A stretch of 64,000 nt of DNA from the human T2T-CHM13v2.0 reference genome, Homo sapiens. Of the stretch, positions 1-13,300 are shown in pieces. Numbering within the stretch: the stretch's first letter is position 1; the number at the start of each line of letters is the position of its first letter. The stretch lies in assembly GCF_009914755.1 (NCBI RefSeq), contig NC_060930.1; one strand, 5' to 3'. Both the position numbers and the translations under genes were made by a program. The notes under the pieces are model-generated. The model was not told the origin of the DNA, ran no database searches, and saw only the letters and a program-made list of their open reading frames with translations.

Positions 1-254
1 CGAGGTGAGCGGATCACTTCAGGTCAGGAGTTCTAGACTAGCCTGGCCAACATGGTGAAACTCCGTCTCTACTAAAAATGCAAAAAAGTTAGCCAGGCGT
101 GGTGGTGGGCACCTGTAATCCCAGCTACTTGGAAGGCCGAGGCAGGAGAATTACTTGAGGAGGATGGAGGTTGCAGTGAGGTGAGTGAGACTCTGTCTCC
201 AAAAAAAACAAAACAAAAAACAAAAAAAAAACACCACAAAAACACACAAAAACA
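1..254 (+). mobile_element. Alu (AluS-like), 5' end outside window, right-arm deletion
   Basis: Alu consensus motifs (GGATCAC..GGTCAGGAG, CTACTAAAAAT, GAGGCAGGAGAAT) and an A/C-rich tail; lacks the CCGAGATC..CCAGCCTGGG segment. Confidence 0.93.
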
Positions 255-334
255 ACCACTGTGTAACCACAGTTTTGCCCCTCCATACTCCCAGTAAGAG
301 TCTTCCGTCATACACATTGGTAAACTAGGAATTC

Positions 335-598
335 TTTTTTTTTTTTTTTTTTTTTGAGACGAGTCTCACTTTGTTGCCAGGCTGGAGTACAGTGGCGCTA
401 TCTCATTTTCCTGCCTCATCCTCTCGAGTAGCTGGGACTACAGGCACACACGACCATGCCCAGCTAATTTTTGTATTTTTAGTAGAGACGGGGTTTCACC
501 CTGTTGGCCAGGATGGTCTCTATCTCTTGACCTTGTGATCAGCCCGCCTCAGCCTCCCAAAGTGCTGGGATTACAGGCGTGAGCCACTGCGCCTGGCC
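335..598 (-). mobile_element. Alu (AluSc-like) with internal deletion
   Basis: Poly-T followed by antisense Alu; TSD TAGGAATTCTT on both sides. Confidence 0.93.
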
Positions 599-1159
599 CA
601 ATTAGGAATTCTTAACAGTAACTTTTTTTCGGGGGAGGTGAGGAGGAGGAGTGAAAAGGATAGGTTGTGTGACTCTTGTCTACCTGGAGACCTGGTTTAC
701 TGGGACAGGAGAATGTGGGAGATCTTCTGACACCCAGTTTATTGATCTCTTAAAATCTTGGTGGTTCTGTCTCCATTATTTCCCAGCCACCATTTTGGTG
801 AGAGCTTGGTCTGAAGTGGTAGTGTATTATCTGTTGGTTCTCTCTCGGTTTCAGCCAGCTGTTAGAGTGTTTGGTGCCTGTGGGGGCAGAAACAGGTGCC
901 AGGAGGAAATGAGAAGGGATTAGGGCTGAGCATGTGTTTCTTGCATTTAGTCCTTCTATAGGTTTGCAGAAGGGGGCTGAGTGAATGCTTATTCTGTTAA
1001 GCAGCAGACTTTTGTGCTTTGTGTATATGCCTTATTACTGCTACTAAATGGACCTAAGTAATGAAATGCCTCAGATTTGGACAGGCTTGTGAATATATGG
1101 GGTACCTCTGCAGTAATGGACAAGGTTGGGAATGTGAGCCTACTTCAAGTTTGGCCTTG

Positions 1160-1335
1160 TGTTAAACTGGCTGTGTGACTCCAGGCAGGCTATACAACCT
1201 CGCTGAGCTATTTCCTCATCTGGACAACTTATTTCATGCACTTCACAGGCTTGTTGCTGGGAGAGGCAGGGGAATTTTTGATGTGAAAGCACTTTGTAAA
1301 CTGCATACTGCTGCACAAATGCTCAAGGTATTATT
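1160..1335 (+). mobile_element. MIR SINE fragment
   Basis: GCTGTGTGAC..TTTCCTCATCTG..ATGTGAAAGCACTTTGTAAA resembles the MIR core and 3' end. Confidence 0.7.
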
Positions 1336-1949
1336 ACCCAGTTGGAAATCACCAACCTGGAGACATCAGGCCTGCCGGCGGCCTTCCTAGCTGACTCAGA
1401 TATAAATGAATCAAATGAATTCTGCACTTTGATTCTTAATAAAGCAAGCTGATAGCAAGTAGCAGATGCACATTGGGAAACAGAACAAGGCTTTACGGAT
1501 TAGAAGGTGATGTAATCACCTTCTACCTCTGTCCTATATTAGCCAACACTTGACTCCTAAATACACCTGGATGGTGAATTGGAAAGAGGGATAGATTGAG
1601 AATTAAGACTGGAGTGGCACTGAATCTGTGCACGAAGATGTTTAAAGAAGACATAGTCCTTGAAATTAAAAATCTGATTATGATGTGAACACAATTCTTT
1701 AGTGGCTCTCTGGTCCTCAGGATCGAATCTAAACCAACTTTGTTCCCAGCCCTTCTTGATGTACTCTGGGCTTATCCTGCCACCCATCCACTTCACACAT
1801 CCGGGGCTTCAGCTGAGCCCAGCATTTTATTCCTCTACTTGCTTGGTGAATGGATTGCCTGAGGAGCCCACCGTGTTTGTCTGAAGCCTGTCACCCTGTT
1901 CACCCCGTCTGGCAGAGCCAGGCTCTTTCTCCCTGTTGGCTGGTCTCCT

Positions 1950-2090
1950 CGCACTTTATTTTTAGGTGCTGGAGTTATTTGCTTACATGTCTCTCACCCT
2001 ATTAACCCCACAAGAGTAGGGGCTGAATTTATGTCATTGTAGGTCAATGTTAATGTCTAATACATAGTATACATTCTAGGAATATTTGAG
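1950..2090 (+). mobile_element. L2 3'-end fragment (degenerate)
   Basis: TTATTTGCTTACATGTCTCTC..TACATAGTATACATTC..AATATTTG resembles the L2 3' terminus. Confidence 0.4.
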
Positions 2091-2479
2091 TTCAAGTTTG
2101 GTGGAGTATTTCGAGTACTACTTAGTAGTGGGAGGGAATCGGTATGAATCTAGTGCAAAAAGATAGACTTAACTGATCACAATTTTGGACGCTATAATTT
2201 TATAGTTGAGAATTCCTGAGGTTTCTAGTACTGTTGTAAAGTGACCTGCTTGTGGTCGCATATTTTATCAGACACAGCTGGGGCATGAAATCCAGGTCCT
2301 GATACAGTAGAAGGCCCTCTCTGTTACTGCCTTTGGAAATACTTTTCTTTTCAGGGGGATTTTCAGTTATTCATGGTAACTGCAGTAATTGATTCATTTT
2401 CATGGAAAAATAAAATCCACGTGTAATCCCCATACCTAATTAAGCCAATAGCATTTTACTGTTGTGCAGATGGCCTTTT

Positions 2480-2930
2480 TTGCTTAATAAGAAGTGATTC
2501 AAATCAGACAAGTACTCAAAAGATAGAAATCATTGAAATCACATACTGGACATTCCTCTACTTGCACATACAGTTTTATATATATGGGCCATACTCTTTA
2601 AGTGCTGTATTTTTGTTACCTCCTGTTTGCATTTATAACTTGTCATGGTAATCAAAGACAGTGATTTTTAATGGCTTCAAGGCCGTTGGTTGATAGTTAC
2701 CACTATTTTCTTGACTCATCTCTTCGGGATGGGTTTTTCACAGATTTGGGGCTGTTGTACAAAATGATGCATGCAGCCTGCTTTGCACGTGTCTGTTTGC
2801 ACTCAACTCTAAATTCTTACTGTGAAATTACTGACTTAGAAGTGCCCGTATTTACGTTTTGATCTTTCCTAGTACATTGCTTTCTTGGAGAGAGGCTATA
2901 CTAATTTACAGTCCCACAGGTAGTACACGT
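2480..2930 (-). mobile_element. old L1M (L1ME-like) fragment
   Basis: Degenerate antisense L1 3' motifs (..TACATTGCTTTC..CTATACTAATTTACAGTCCCAC). Confidence 0.5.
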
Positions 2931-3039
2931 TAGGCCAGCGGGTTGGTTGGTTTGTTGGCTTTTAAAAAACAATACAGGCATTTGTAACAAGTAGTAAAGA
3001 TGTCAGTTGAGTTTTATTTAAGTTTCTATTTTCTTCCTG

Positions 3040-3135
3040 TGTCCTCTCTCAGGGCATTTAGAACTAAATGAGATAAGATATGTGAAAGCACTTTGTAAAA
3101 CAAAATTGCTCTAAGAACACAATGTGTTATTAGTC
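3040..3135 (+). mobile_element. MIR 3' fragment
   Basis: CTAAATGAGATAAGATATGTGAAAGCACTTTGTAAA. Confidence 0.6.
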
Positions 3136-3359
3136 AGAACAGCTCCAGAAGGGAAGGGAAAGGGAGAGCCTTGGGTAATTGTACAATGATGTTCTTATTC
3201 TTATATGTATGAAATGCTTTTTGTTGTGAGGACATAGAGATACTTAAGTAATAAAGATGACCCCCAATCACATTGTTTTCATATGTGATCTCAGCCTTGT
3301 TTGTGAGGTGGGCTTTGTATATTTACGAAGATCCCTTTGGGCTGTGGCTTGGAAGACTG

Positions 3360-3478
3360 TTCAGTTAAATACAGCTGGCATTTTTTGGTTGCTTACCATG
3401 TTCTGACACTGTGTTGGGAGTTTGAAAATACGACATTGCCCTTGTCTGAGGGGCATTTACAGTTTAGTTGGCAGCAGG
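3360..3478 (-). mobile_element. L2 fragment
   Basis: GCTTACCATGTTCTGACACTGTGTTGGGAG..CATTTACAGTTTAG, antisense L2 3' end. Confidence 0.55.
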
Positions 3479-3494
3479 GATGTGAAACAATGGG

Positions 3495-3692
3495 AGGAGA
3501 GCACTGGCTTTGGAGTCAGTCTGAAGTTGAGGATCTCTGCTCTGTCATCTTGGGTAGATCACTTCACCTCTCCAGGTCTCAGTTTCTTCATCTTTGAAAG
3601 GGGGAGAATTGTGCCTTCATTATTGGCCTCTCAAGGTCATTTTGTGGGAGGCTGAATCAAATGTTAAAGTGTGAAGTGCTTTATGAACTGTG
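3495..3692 (+). mobile_element. MIR SINE
   Basis: GAGCACTGGCTTTGGAGTCAG..CACTTCACCTCTC..TCTCAGTTTCTTCATCT. Confidence 0.75.
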
Positions 3693-3697
3693 ACTAT

Positions 3698-4025
<328 letters not shown>

Positions 4026-6279
4026 TTATTATAAGTCTTACAGATTCTTGTGGCTGTAATTCTCCAAGTGCAAGATTGAAGAGGAAACTGTTTCTGGGTC
4101 ATCTGTGCTGATTATAGTATATCCCAGTTGTTCGAGGAAGAGGATAGAAATTCAGATAATAAGGGTGCTTAGCACCTTTCCTTCTCACCAAGGCTTGGTT
4201 TTTCTTCCTAACTTATGGAAAAATGCAGTGTGAGTCTCTTTACACCCAGACATATTTTTGGATGGATGGGATTTTTATCTTCCCTCTGCCTTCCCTGGTT
4301 TGTGAGGATGAGGGTAGTGTTCACAGTGTGACTAAGAAGCAGCATGACTTTTTTGCATACTTTTGAATGAACTACTTTGCCTGCCTTTTATTCTCCAGGC
4401 AAGATGTACCCTTAGAGATGAGGTGGAACCTAACACTTGGTTTTACCTAAATTGCCTCCTTTTCCATTCTTACACTGCCCAGAGCACTAAAGCTCTGTTT
4501 GTTCTATTTTCAGCTTGTAATAATGTCTTGATGTTGGAGGATGAAAGAGCTGATGTGAATAGAAGGCATTTAATAAGGAGTCATGGTCTGGAGTCCCAGT
4601 CAAATTGGTAGCACATGGTTTTCATCTGCCTTGAAGGGCTTGGTTGCATGGTCTTGCCTTCCCAGAGCTGTGACAGCACCAGGCTGGACCCTATACACAA
4701 TGCCACATCTCCTTCTCAAACTGATGATTTGGAGTGGCAAATGCCACTGGCTTTGAGAGATGCCAAAAGAATGGTGGACTTGGCTTCTTAATCTTTTGAA
4801 GATCATAAAATGTTTGCTAGGGCTCGCTCATCTGCACTTAGGACAGGGGTTAGATGGGTATGTTGGGGAGATGAGGTTATTTTAGTGGGGTTTGGTTAAC
4901 GTTCAGTTTTAACCACTGTTCAGCCTTCTCACTGGGACTCCTAGCTGGTTACATTTTTTTGATGGGGGTTACTTTTATATATTTATGTATTTATGCCCCT
5001 CATTCTAAAAAAGGATTTTAAAGCCACGATGAGCTGTCATTCCAGGAGCAAATAATTTTTACTTAGATCTGACTCAAGTTCACTTTCCAAATGCAAAAAA
5101 GGGACAGTCAGATTAAACTGTGGACAGCAGAGTAGTTGTTCATTCATCTCAATGCAGCAGTGTTTGGGCCTGGCAGTGTTTTTGCTTTTGGTTTGAGGTC
5201 TTGACCTAAAACTTTAAGTAAAGGCAAGTTTTGCTTAATAGTATTGGTATTGACACTCTGACAGATCTTTTAATCTGAAAGAATTTTAAAGATGCATGAA
5301 AGTAATCCCCAGTGATGATTACATCTTCGAGTGGCAGAGATCAGATTTTTATTTAAATACCAATGCAGTTTATCACTTTTTTCCACAGTGCAGGGGGCCA
5401 GGGAGGGTCTGGATTTGGGAGGGTCTGGATTTAATAGTGAACTTCTGAACTTGACTTACTTTGAGGGGAGCGATTGGTGGGTGTTACTGCATGATTCAGT
5501 GTTCTGTGTCTTTAAAAATGTTTTGAAATACTCATTCTGTATTGTAATCCTCAAAACTACTGTTAGGATTCCAAACCATTGTGGTTTAAACTTAGCTGGA
5601 ATCTAAAAGGTGGCTGACAGAGGGAAAGGAAACCTCCTTTAAATAAAGAACATATTTGGCTTGCCTAAGTGTCCCAGAGTCTGGGCTCTGGGCATATCTA
5701 AGCCATGGGCCAAGTCTCATAGTTGAAGAGGTCGGGAAATACTTGTCTCAAATATAAACACCAGCTCAATATAAACACCATCAATTAGTTCTGCAGAAAC
5801 TCCTGGTACAAATAAGAACTTGCAAAGCTTCATGTTCAATGGAGTTCTTGTCTGGATGAGATAAGGAGTGCAATACTGCACGCTCTTCTGTACTTGTGAT
5901 AAATCAAAACTCTAATGATGCTATTAAAATGGGTTTTCTTTTGGCCCTGGTAAGCTGGAAAGCATTGGGAGGTGGGGAGGATAGATTTCACTTGGAAATA
6001 CCTGAAGCTAAAAAGTGGTGGCTTTTTCTTCTTTCTTCTAAATGTACTCCTTGCTCTAATTAAGCGATGTGATCACTGTCCCAACACTGACATACCCCAG
6101 GATGAAACACACTTTCTATTCAAGTAGCCTTTTTTTCCCTTGCCTTCTTCCATGAGACTTGCTGAAATTGTCATGTTATTTCTTTCCAGAATTTATTGGA
6201 GCATTAGGCAAAAGCCTCTTGGGAGTATAAATAATGATGATTATAAAGAACAGTCAGTTTACCAAGGAAGGCCATTATC

Positions 6280-6400
6280 TTTGACTTGCAAAGCTTTTAC
6301 AGCCAAACATTGTTTGCTTACAGTTCTTTAATACAAATGAAGACCTTAATGGTAAGAAGAGTCCTATTACTACTCCCTTTGTACATGGAGGTCATCCCAA
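6280..6400 (-). mobile_element. MIR fragment
   Basis: AAAGCTTTTACA..CCTATTACTACTCCCTTTGTACATGGAGG, antisense MIR-like. Confidence 0.4.
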
Positions 6401-6436
6401 TAAAGAAAGGACGATGTCACTTTGCTCAGGCATTAA

Positions 6437-6815
<379 letters not shown>

Positions 6816-6865
6816 TGGTGTTTTCTCTTCTAAGGAATGTGGTTTCTGCCATCAGCAGCAAGTAA

Positions 6866-7275
<410 letters not shown>

Positions 7276-7379
7276 CAGGGGATGGTTTTGACTTTGTCTG
7301 AGTAGGCACTGACATGGAAAAGGTATGTATAAATGAAGAATCTCATGCCTTTTTTTTTTTTTTGCCTGTTAATTTTCTT

Positions 7380-7460
7380 ATTTTAAAATTTTTATAGAGG
7401 TGGGGTTTCGCTGTGTTTCCTCGGTGGGTCTTAAACTCCTGGCCTCAAGTGATCTTCACC
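7380..7460 (-). mobile_element. Alu left-arm/FLAM fragment
   Basis: TAGAGGTGGGGTTTCGCTGTGTT..AACTCCTGGCCTCAAGTGATC. Confidence 0.75.
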
Positions 7461-7489
7461 CCAGTTCTTCCAGCCTCTTACACCTACGA

Positions 7490-8108
7490 ATCATTTTCTG
7501 TCTTTGTGCTTTTGCTTATTCTGGATATTCCATGTGAATGGAATCATATAATATGTGGACTTTGTGTCTTGTGTCTTTTAAAATTATGTTTCTAAAATTC
7601 ATGCTGGAGTGTGTATCAGTACTTCATTCCTTTTTGTGGCTGAATAACATTCCATTGTATGGATGTATCATGCTTTGTGTATCCAGTCATCAGCTGATGG
7701 ACATTTGAGTTGTTTCTATGGTTTGGCTATTTTTTTTTTTTTTTTTTTGAGATGGAGTCTCACTCTAGCCCAGGCTGGAGTGCAGTGGCGCAATCTTGGC
7801 TCACTGCAACCTCCACTTCCGGGTCCCTGTTCAAGCAATTCTCTTGCCTCAGCCTTCCGAGTAGCTGGGATTACAGGTGTGCGCCACCACGCCCGGCTAA
7901 TTTTTGTATTCTTAGTAGAGACGGGGTTTCACCACGATGGCCAGGCTAGTCTTGAACTCATGATCCACCCGCCTCGGCCACCCAAAGTGCTGGGATTTAT
8001 AGGCGTGAGCCACCGTGCCCGGCCCGTTTGGCTATTTTGAACAATGCTGCGGTGAACGTTTGTGTGGAGGTTTTTGTGTGGATTTGTTTGCATTTCTCTT
8101 GGAATACC
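7490..8108 (-). mobile_element. L1M (L1MB/MC-like) 3' fragment interrupted by Alu
   Basis: ATGGAATCATATAATATGTGG..TTCCATTGTATGGAT..GATGGACATTTGAGTTGTTTC, continuing after the Alu. Confidence 0.8.
7730..8024 (-). mobile_element. Alu (AluS) inserted in L1
   Basis: Antisense Alu; TSD GTTTGGCTATTTT. Confidence 0.95.
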
Positions 8109-8261
8109 TTGTTAGAAAAGCGTGCTTATACGTATTACTACTAAATTTATTTTCTGTCATTAAGCTGTGTTTCAGTTCATGCCTCTGAAGTGATGTGCTC
8201 TGTTCAGCAGAGTCCTATGCTGTGCCCTCCCCTTCTGGGGCTCTAGCTTGCCCTTTGGAGG

Positions 8262-8263
8262 GT

Positions 8264-8310
<47 letters not shown>
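8262..8310. repeat. (TG)n microsatellite
   Basis: About 24 TG units with one interruption. Confidence 0.97.
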
Positions 8311-8311
<1 letters not shown>

Positions 8312-8773
8312 TAGGGGTCCTCATTTTCCTTACTGCCTGTCACTCTCCATGTCACTGTGGGTGGCCAAGAGTGGTCTCATTTCCTCTACCCCTTTGCAAA
8401 CCGTAAACACTGGTCACACGTGCTTGTGCTGGAATCATATGCTCCAGTGGCTTGATGGTGGGACTTCAGATTTCCTGCATTACCTTAGGTTTTGACTTTC
8501 TTGTGGTTACCTCTGTCAGCATTCTTTGGCAGAGGACTATGGGGAGTAGAATGACCTAGAAATTATCCCTGATTTTCTTCTCCTTCCAAGCCTGCTGAAC
8601 CAAAAATGGTTTTTATTTTTCTTTGAAAAACTACCCTTCGTAATGAACTCCATTAAGAAATAGGAGTTCTTCAAAGGAGGAGGGATGTTACTGTATTCTT
8701 TTGATTTCTCTGAATTTACTAGATTTATTTTCCCCAAGTTGGTGTGAAATTGTTGAGATTGGTCCTTAACTAG

Positions 8774-9256
<483 letters not shown>

Positions 9257-9470
9257 AGGCAATTTTTAATTGTTAGAAAAACTGTAAGGCAACATAAGAG
9301 AAGTGGATGGTGGGGACTGCAAATGTCATGTGGCCTAGTGGTATTGAGAAGCATTTTGTGAAGCAGAGAGTGCGTGTTCCGATTCTGTAGGAGCACATGT
9401 CTTGGTGTGGGTGTCTTTGCCTTCCTAGAACTTCCTGATGATAAGAAGCCTGTAAACACCAGTGTGTCCG

Positions 9471-9619
9471 TCAGTATTTGGAATCTTGTTTATTACATAG
9501 TCCTCAGGTTCATTGTCAAAAAATTCTTTACTGATGGTATTAATCAGTATTTGGAATCTTATTTATTTCATAGTGCTCAAGGTCATTGTCAAAAAATTCT
9601 TTACTAATGGTATTAATCA
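9471..9619. repeat. 73-bp tandem duplication (2 copies)
   Basis: TCAGTATTTGGAATCTT..CATTGTCAAAAAATTCTTTACT(G/A)ATGGTATTAA starts at 9471 and 9544. Confidence 0.95.
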
Positions 9620-9798
9620 TGCTTCTCACACTCCAGTTTTTCTGGTATGGTTTTCTGTTCCAAATTGACTCCTGTGCTCAGGTCATTAGTTTGGCTTACT
9701 AACAGGAGCCCTGACAGCTATATTCAATATTTTTCTCTGCAGTGGCCAAGTAGCCAAGAATTTACTAGTTTAGACACCCACCTCAGTTTAGAAGGTAG

Positions 9799-9846
<48 letters not shown>

Positions 9847-9863
9847 TAGAGAGAGAGAGAGAA
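9799..9863. repeat. compound (TG)n(AG)n microsatellite
   Basis: Direct reading. Confidence 0.97.
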
Positions 9864-10129
9864 TATCTAAGAAGGAGTTAATATTTTAAACTTTGCATTG
9901 TTTAACTGGAAATCTGTGTTCTGCCGGGCCGCTTTTATGTGGTGTACCTATAACCTATACACATACTTGTGCCTTTCAAAGGCTAACGCCACATCCCTCC
10001 TACTAAAATTGCTTATTAGAGCTAATTTTAAGAATTGAGTTAGAACTGCCCTATAATGTAATGCAGAATATTTCCCAATAATGCCTAGGTTAACAATGAT
10101 AGTCTTGCTGTATTGTGCAAAAAAGGCTT

Positions 10130-10330
10130 CTGTTCAGACCCAGCTGGGTTTCAGGCTTAATTCATTGCTCTATGGTGGGATCACCACAGCTGCTGTGGGG
10201 CCTTTACAAATGCAAAAAAGCTGTCAGTGTTTGTTTCATCAGCTGCATAAGTGATGAGGCCAAGTTGAGGAATCCATTCCAGTGCGCAGTGTGCAGGCTG
10301 TAGCTATTATTGTTTACAGAATTAGTGTGT
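10130..10330. promoter_or_regulatory. candidate enhancer (motif cluster)
   Basis: Three CAGCTG E-boxes (10141, 10187, 10240), CATTCC (10275), TGTTTAC (10311) and TGTCA in repeat-free sequence; motif evidence only. Confidence 0.35.
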
Positions 10331-13300
10331 TGGAGCTTTAAAATAGTTGGCACATCGTCTGCCCTTTAAAAGCACAAGACTAAGGAATGAGACCAGTTGG
10401 TTGTCCTTGTAATGTTGGCCGGATCCAGCCCAGCCCTTGTCTTTTAACAGCTACTGCTCCGGGCTGTGCTGTGGGACTTGACTACTCTTTGGAGGAAGTG
10501 GGGGTGCTTGCTGAGTTCTTGTCTCTGTAGTTCTGCATCCCAAACTTAGGTTTGCATTAAAAAAAAAAAAACAAAAAAAAACCACGCAGTCATTTAGAGT
10601 TCCATAAGTGTAATTGAGATTTAAAGCCTTAATCATCCTCCCAGCCCCAAATAGGTATAGGACTGTCAGCTGGGATTTCAAATATCTGTGCAGTAACATT
10701 CCAGATTTGGCTCTGTGAGATTTATTTTGTGAAGTGATACTGCTTTGGGACTTGCCCTCATCTCTCCCCATGGGTACAGAAGTTAAGGCTACTTCTTGGC
10801 TGGCAGCCAAGAAGCCAGGAAAGCCCCATTGGACAGGTCACTTTCCAGGCAATTAAGGAGTATTCTGCAGGGCTCTCCGTGAATGCTGTCTTAACAGTGT
10901 AAGGTGACCCTCTTCCCCAGGGACCTGATGAGCCCGGGCAGCATGTTCACTTGCTTTTGGACTGGGCAAGCAGGAATCTGGGACCAGCATCATGGTCATT
11001 CACAGGATAGTGTGGGATTGTCCCAGCCCCTCCCTCATTTACATTCAGACCCCTTCTCCACTCAGGGGTCTCTGCCTCATGGAAACTGGAGGGCATGGGC
11101 GGTGGCTGGTCTGTTACGGTTTTGAAAGTGGAGCTCATCAGGTCTCCTAGCCAACGGGGGTGAATAATTGTGCTTCCTTCCTCCCAGCTGGAAAAGGTCC
11201 CAAAGTGCTCTCTCATATTCATAAAAGAGATGGCACGAGGCTTAGTGTCTCCAAATTAAAGGTCAATACTGATCAGCTTTCTCTCAAAGAACTGTCACAT
11301 ATGCTCTCCTGGAGACATTTGTGTCTTCCCATTTTACCTTAGGAAGTCTCTGGAGCCCAGGAAGACAAGTGTGTCCGATGAATCTCCTGTGGTGTTGGTA
11401 CTGATTAAGCAGAGTTTGGGGATCCTTGTATGGCCCCTCTTTTAAAGAGCTTTTTAGCACGGTCTCTGCCAAGTATATTTTAACTATTAGTTACAATGAT
11501 CTTCCAACAGAGAGCAAACAACATAAGTAATAGTTTAGAGTTTTACTTCTTAACGTCTTCCCAAATTCCTTCTCTTTCTCTTTCTTACCTGCACCCTGGA
11601 ATAGTAGTAATGAAAAGGAAAATAGCAAACCGTGAGCTCCATATCCTCTCCCGCTGGGGGAAGGACTAATTTGCAGGGCCTCATAAGGAAACAGCAGTTT
11701 CATGGTCATTGTTGTCAGCCTAGCAGCGCTTGGTTGCACTTCCGTTGCTCAACGTGTTTCTCCTGGCTAGGGTGTTTGTAGTATATTTTGAGTTTTAGGA
11801 ATCTTTCATCAAAGTTTCTTCTGCTTTTTTGTCATTTTAAGGCAAAACATTTTCTTTTGGTAGCTTGAAAGTTCTACACTCTCAATGTTTAAACATTTTT
11901 TGGGGGCAGGGTGAGAAACAGCTTTGTGGACGCATATCTGATTGTGTGTGTTTGTTATTTCATGTCAGAGTCATCTCATGACCCCAGGAGACCTCGCCAG
12001 TGGCCTGCCTCCTAGAAAATGCACTGCTGTAATAACAATCAGGGCGCCAGCTGACCACTGGTTGTCCCTCAGCCACTTATTAGCTGCATGTCCAGGAGGA
12101 TCACCAGGCCGTGGTTTAAATTCTCAGTGTTCTCCATTGTAATGTGGGGTGCACGTGCGTCCCTGAGTGGAGATTAGGTGCTCTAATAGGCACAACTGTG
12201 CCCCTTTCATTGTAGGCATTCTCTTCCACCTGTATATTAGTATTGCTTCTAGCTGCGTGATCGAGGGTTTGGGTTAATGCTGACATATTGCAACTTACTG
12301 GATGGCAAACAGTTAAGTTGTCTTCTTTGGCTGTGGGGAGAGATGGTGAATTCAACACTCTGAAACTCTGAACACAGTGTCCAAAGAGACCCTGGGCTTC
12401 CTGGAGTGTTATTCTCTTACTCTCCTAAACTATTCTCCCACTCCCATGAAAAAGAAAATCTTAAAGCGGCTTATCAGTATCTGACATAAGACAGAGTGAG
12501 GCCTTTCCTTTTATCTACATAGAGATAGCTCAAAGATCTGCTTGAGGGGCAGCAAAAGGCATGTCAGCAACCACCAGGAAAGGATCCTGAAGCCTAACCA
12601 ACTGGTTATAAACAGCAGTAGGTGCCCAGGAGGGAACCGATACCTTCTGCAAGAGCATCAGTTGTGAAATGGCCTAGGTACAAGGATGTTCTTAGAATCA
12701 GGTTTCAAATTATAGTAACATGTAGACAGACTCTGAATGCTCTGGGAATGGAGTAAGCTGGTTCTAGTGAATTTTCTGGTTGACTGTTTCAAGCCATGGC
12801 ATTAACTCCTTATGAAGGATATTTTTTGGCTGTCCTGTCTTCAGAAGTCCGGTGTGACGCGCGAACTCAATGGTTGCGTTCCCGAGGACCTTATGGAGTG
12901 CTTCCTGTCTGTCTGCCAGTGCTTTGTTACTGTGCACCTCTGTAGATATGCAGTAGGGGGTTTTTGGGTGGTGTGCATGCTGATCCCCAGAGGGTTTATA
13001 TTTTACCTGCACTCCTGAGGATGTGTTTGTGTTGCTTGGGGCCCTGAGAAAAAACTGCATTCAGCGGAGGATTTAGTAAGAAGAAAGTTGGTTCCATGAA
13101 GTGTACATCAGCAGCCCCCGAGGATGCTGTGGGGTTGCAACTCCTAAGGCTTAACTGCGGCGGGGATCGGTTAATAGTATGGACAACCCCACACCCCAGA
13201 ACAGGGGATAGGTGATGGACGACAGTGGGACACCATACCTAATGTGCATGCCTGCTTCCTAGAAATTGTGATAGTGTGGTGACTCTTTCCTTCTCTGAAA

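Noticed and set aside
5747-5780. Very short direct repeats (AATATAAACACCA twice; also TTCAAGTTCTGT twice near 60934)
   Set aside because: Ordinary slippage duplications with no further structure.
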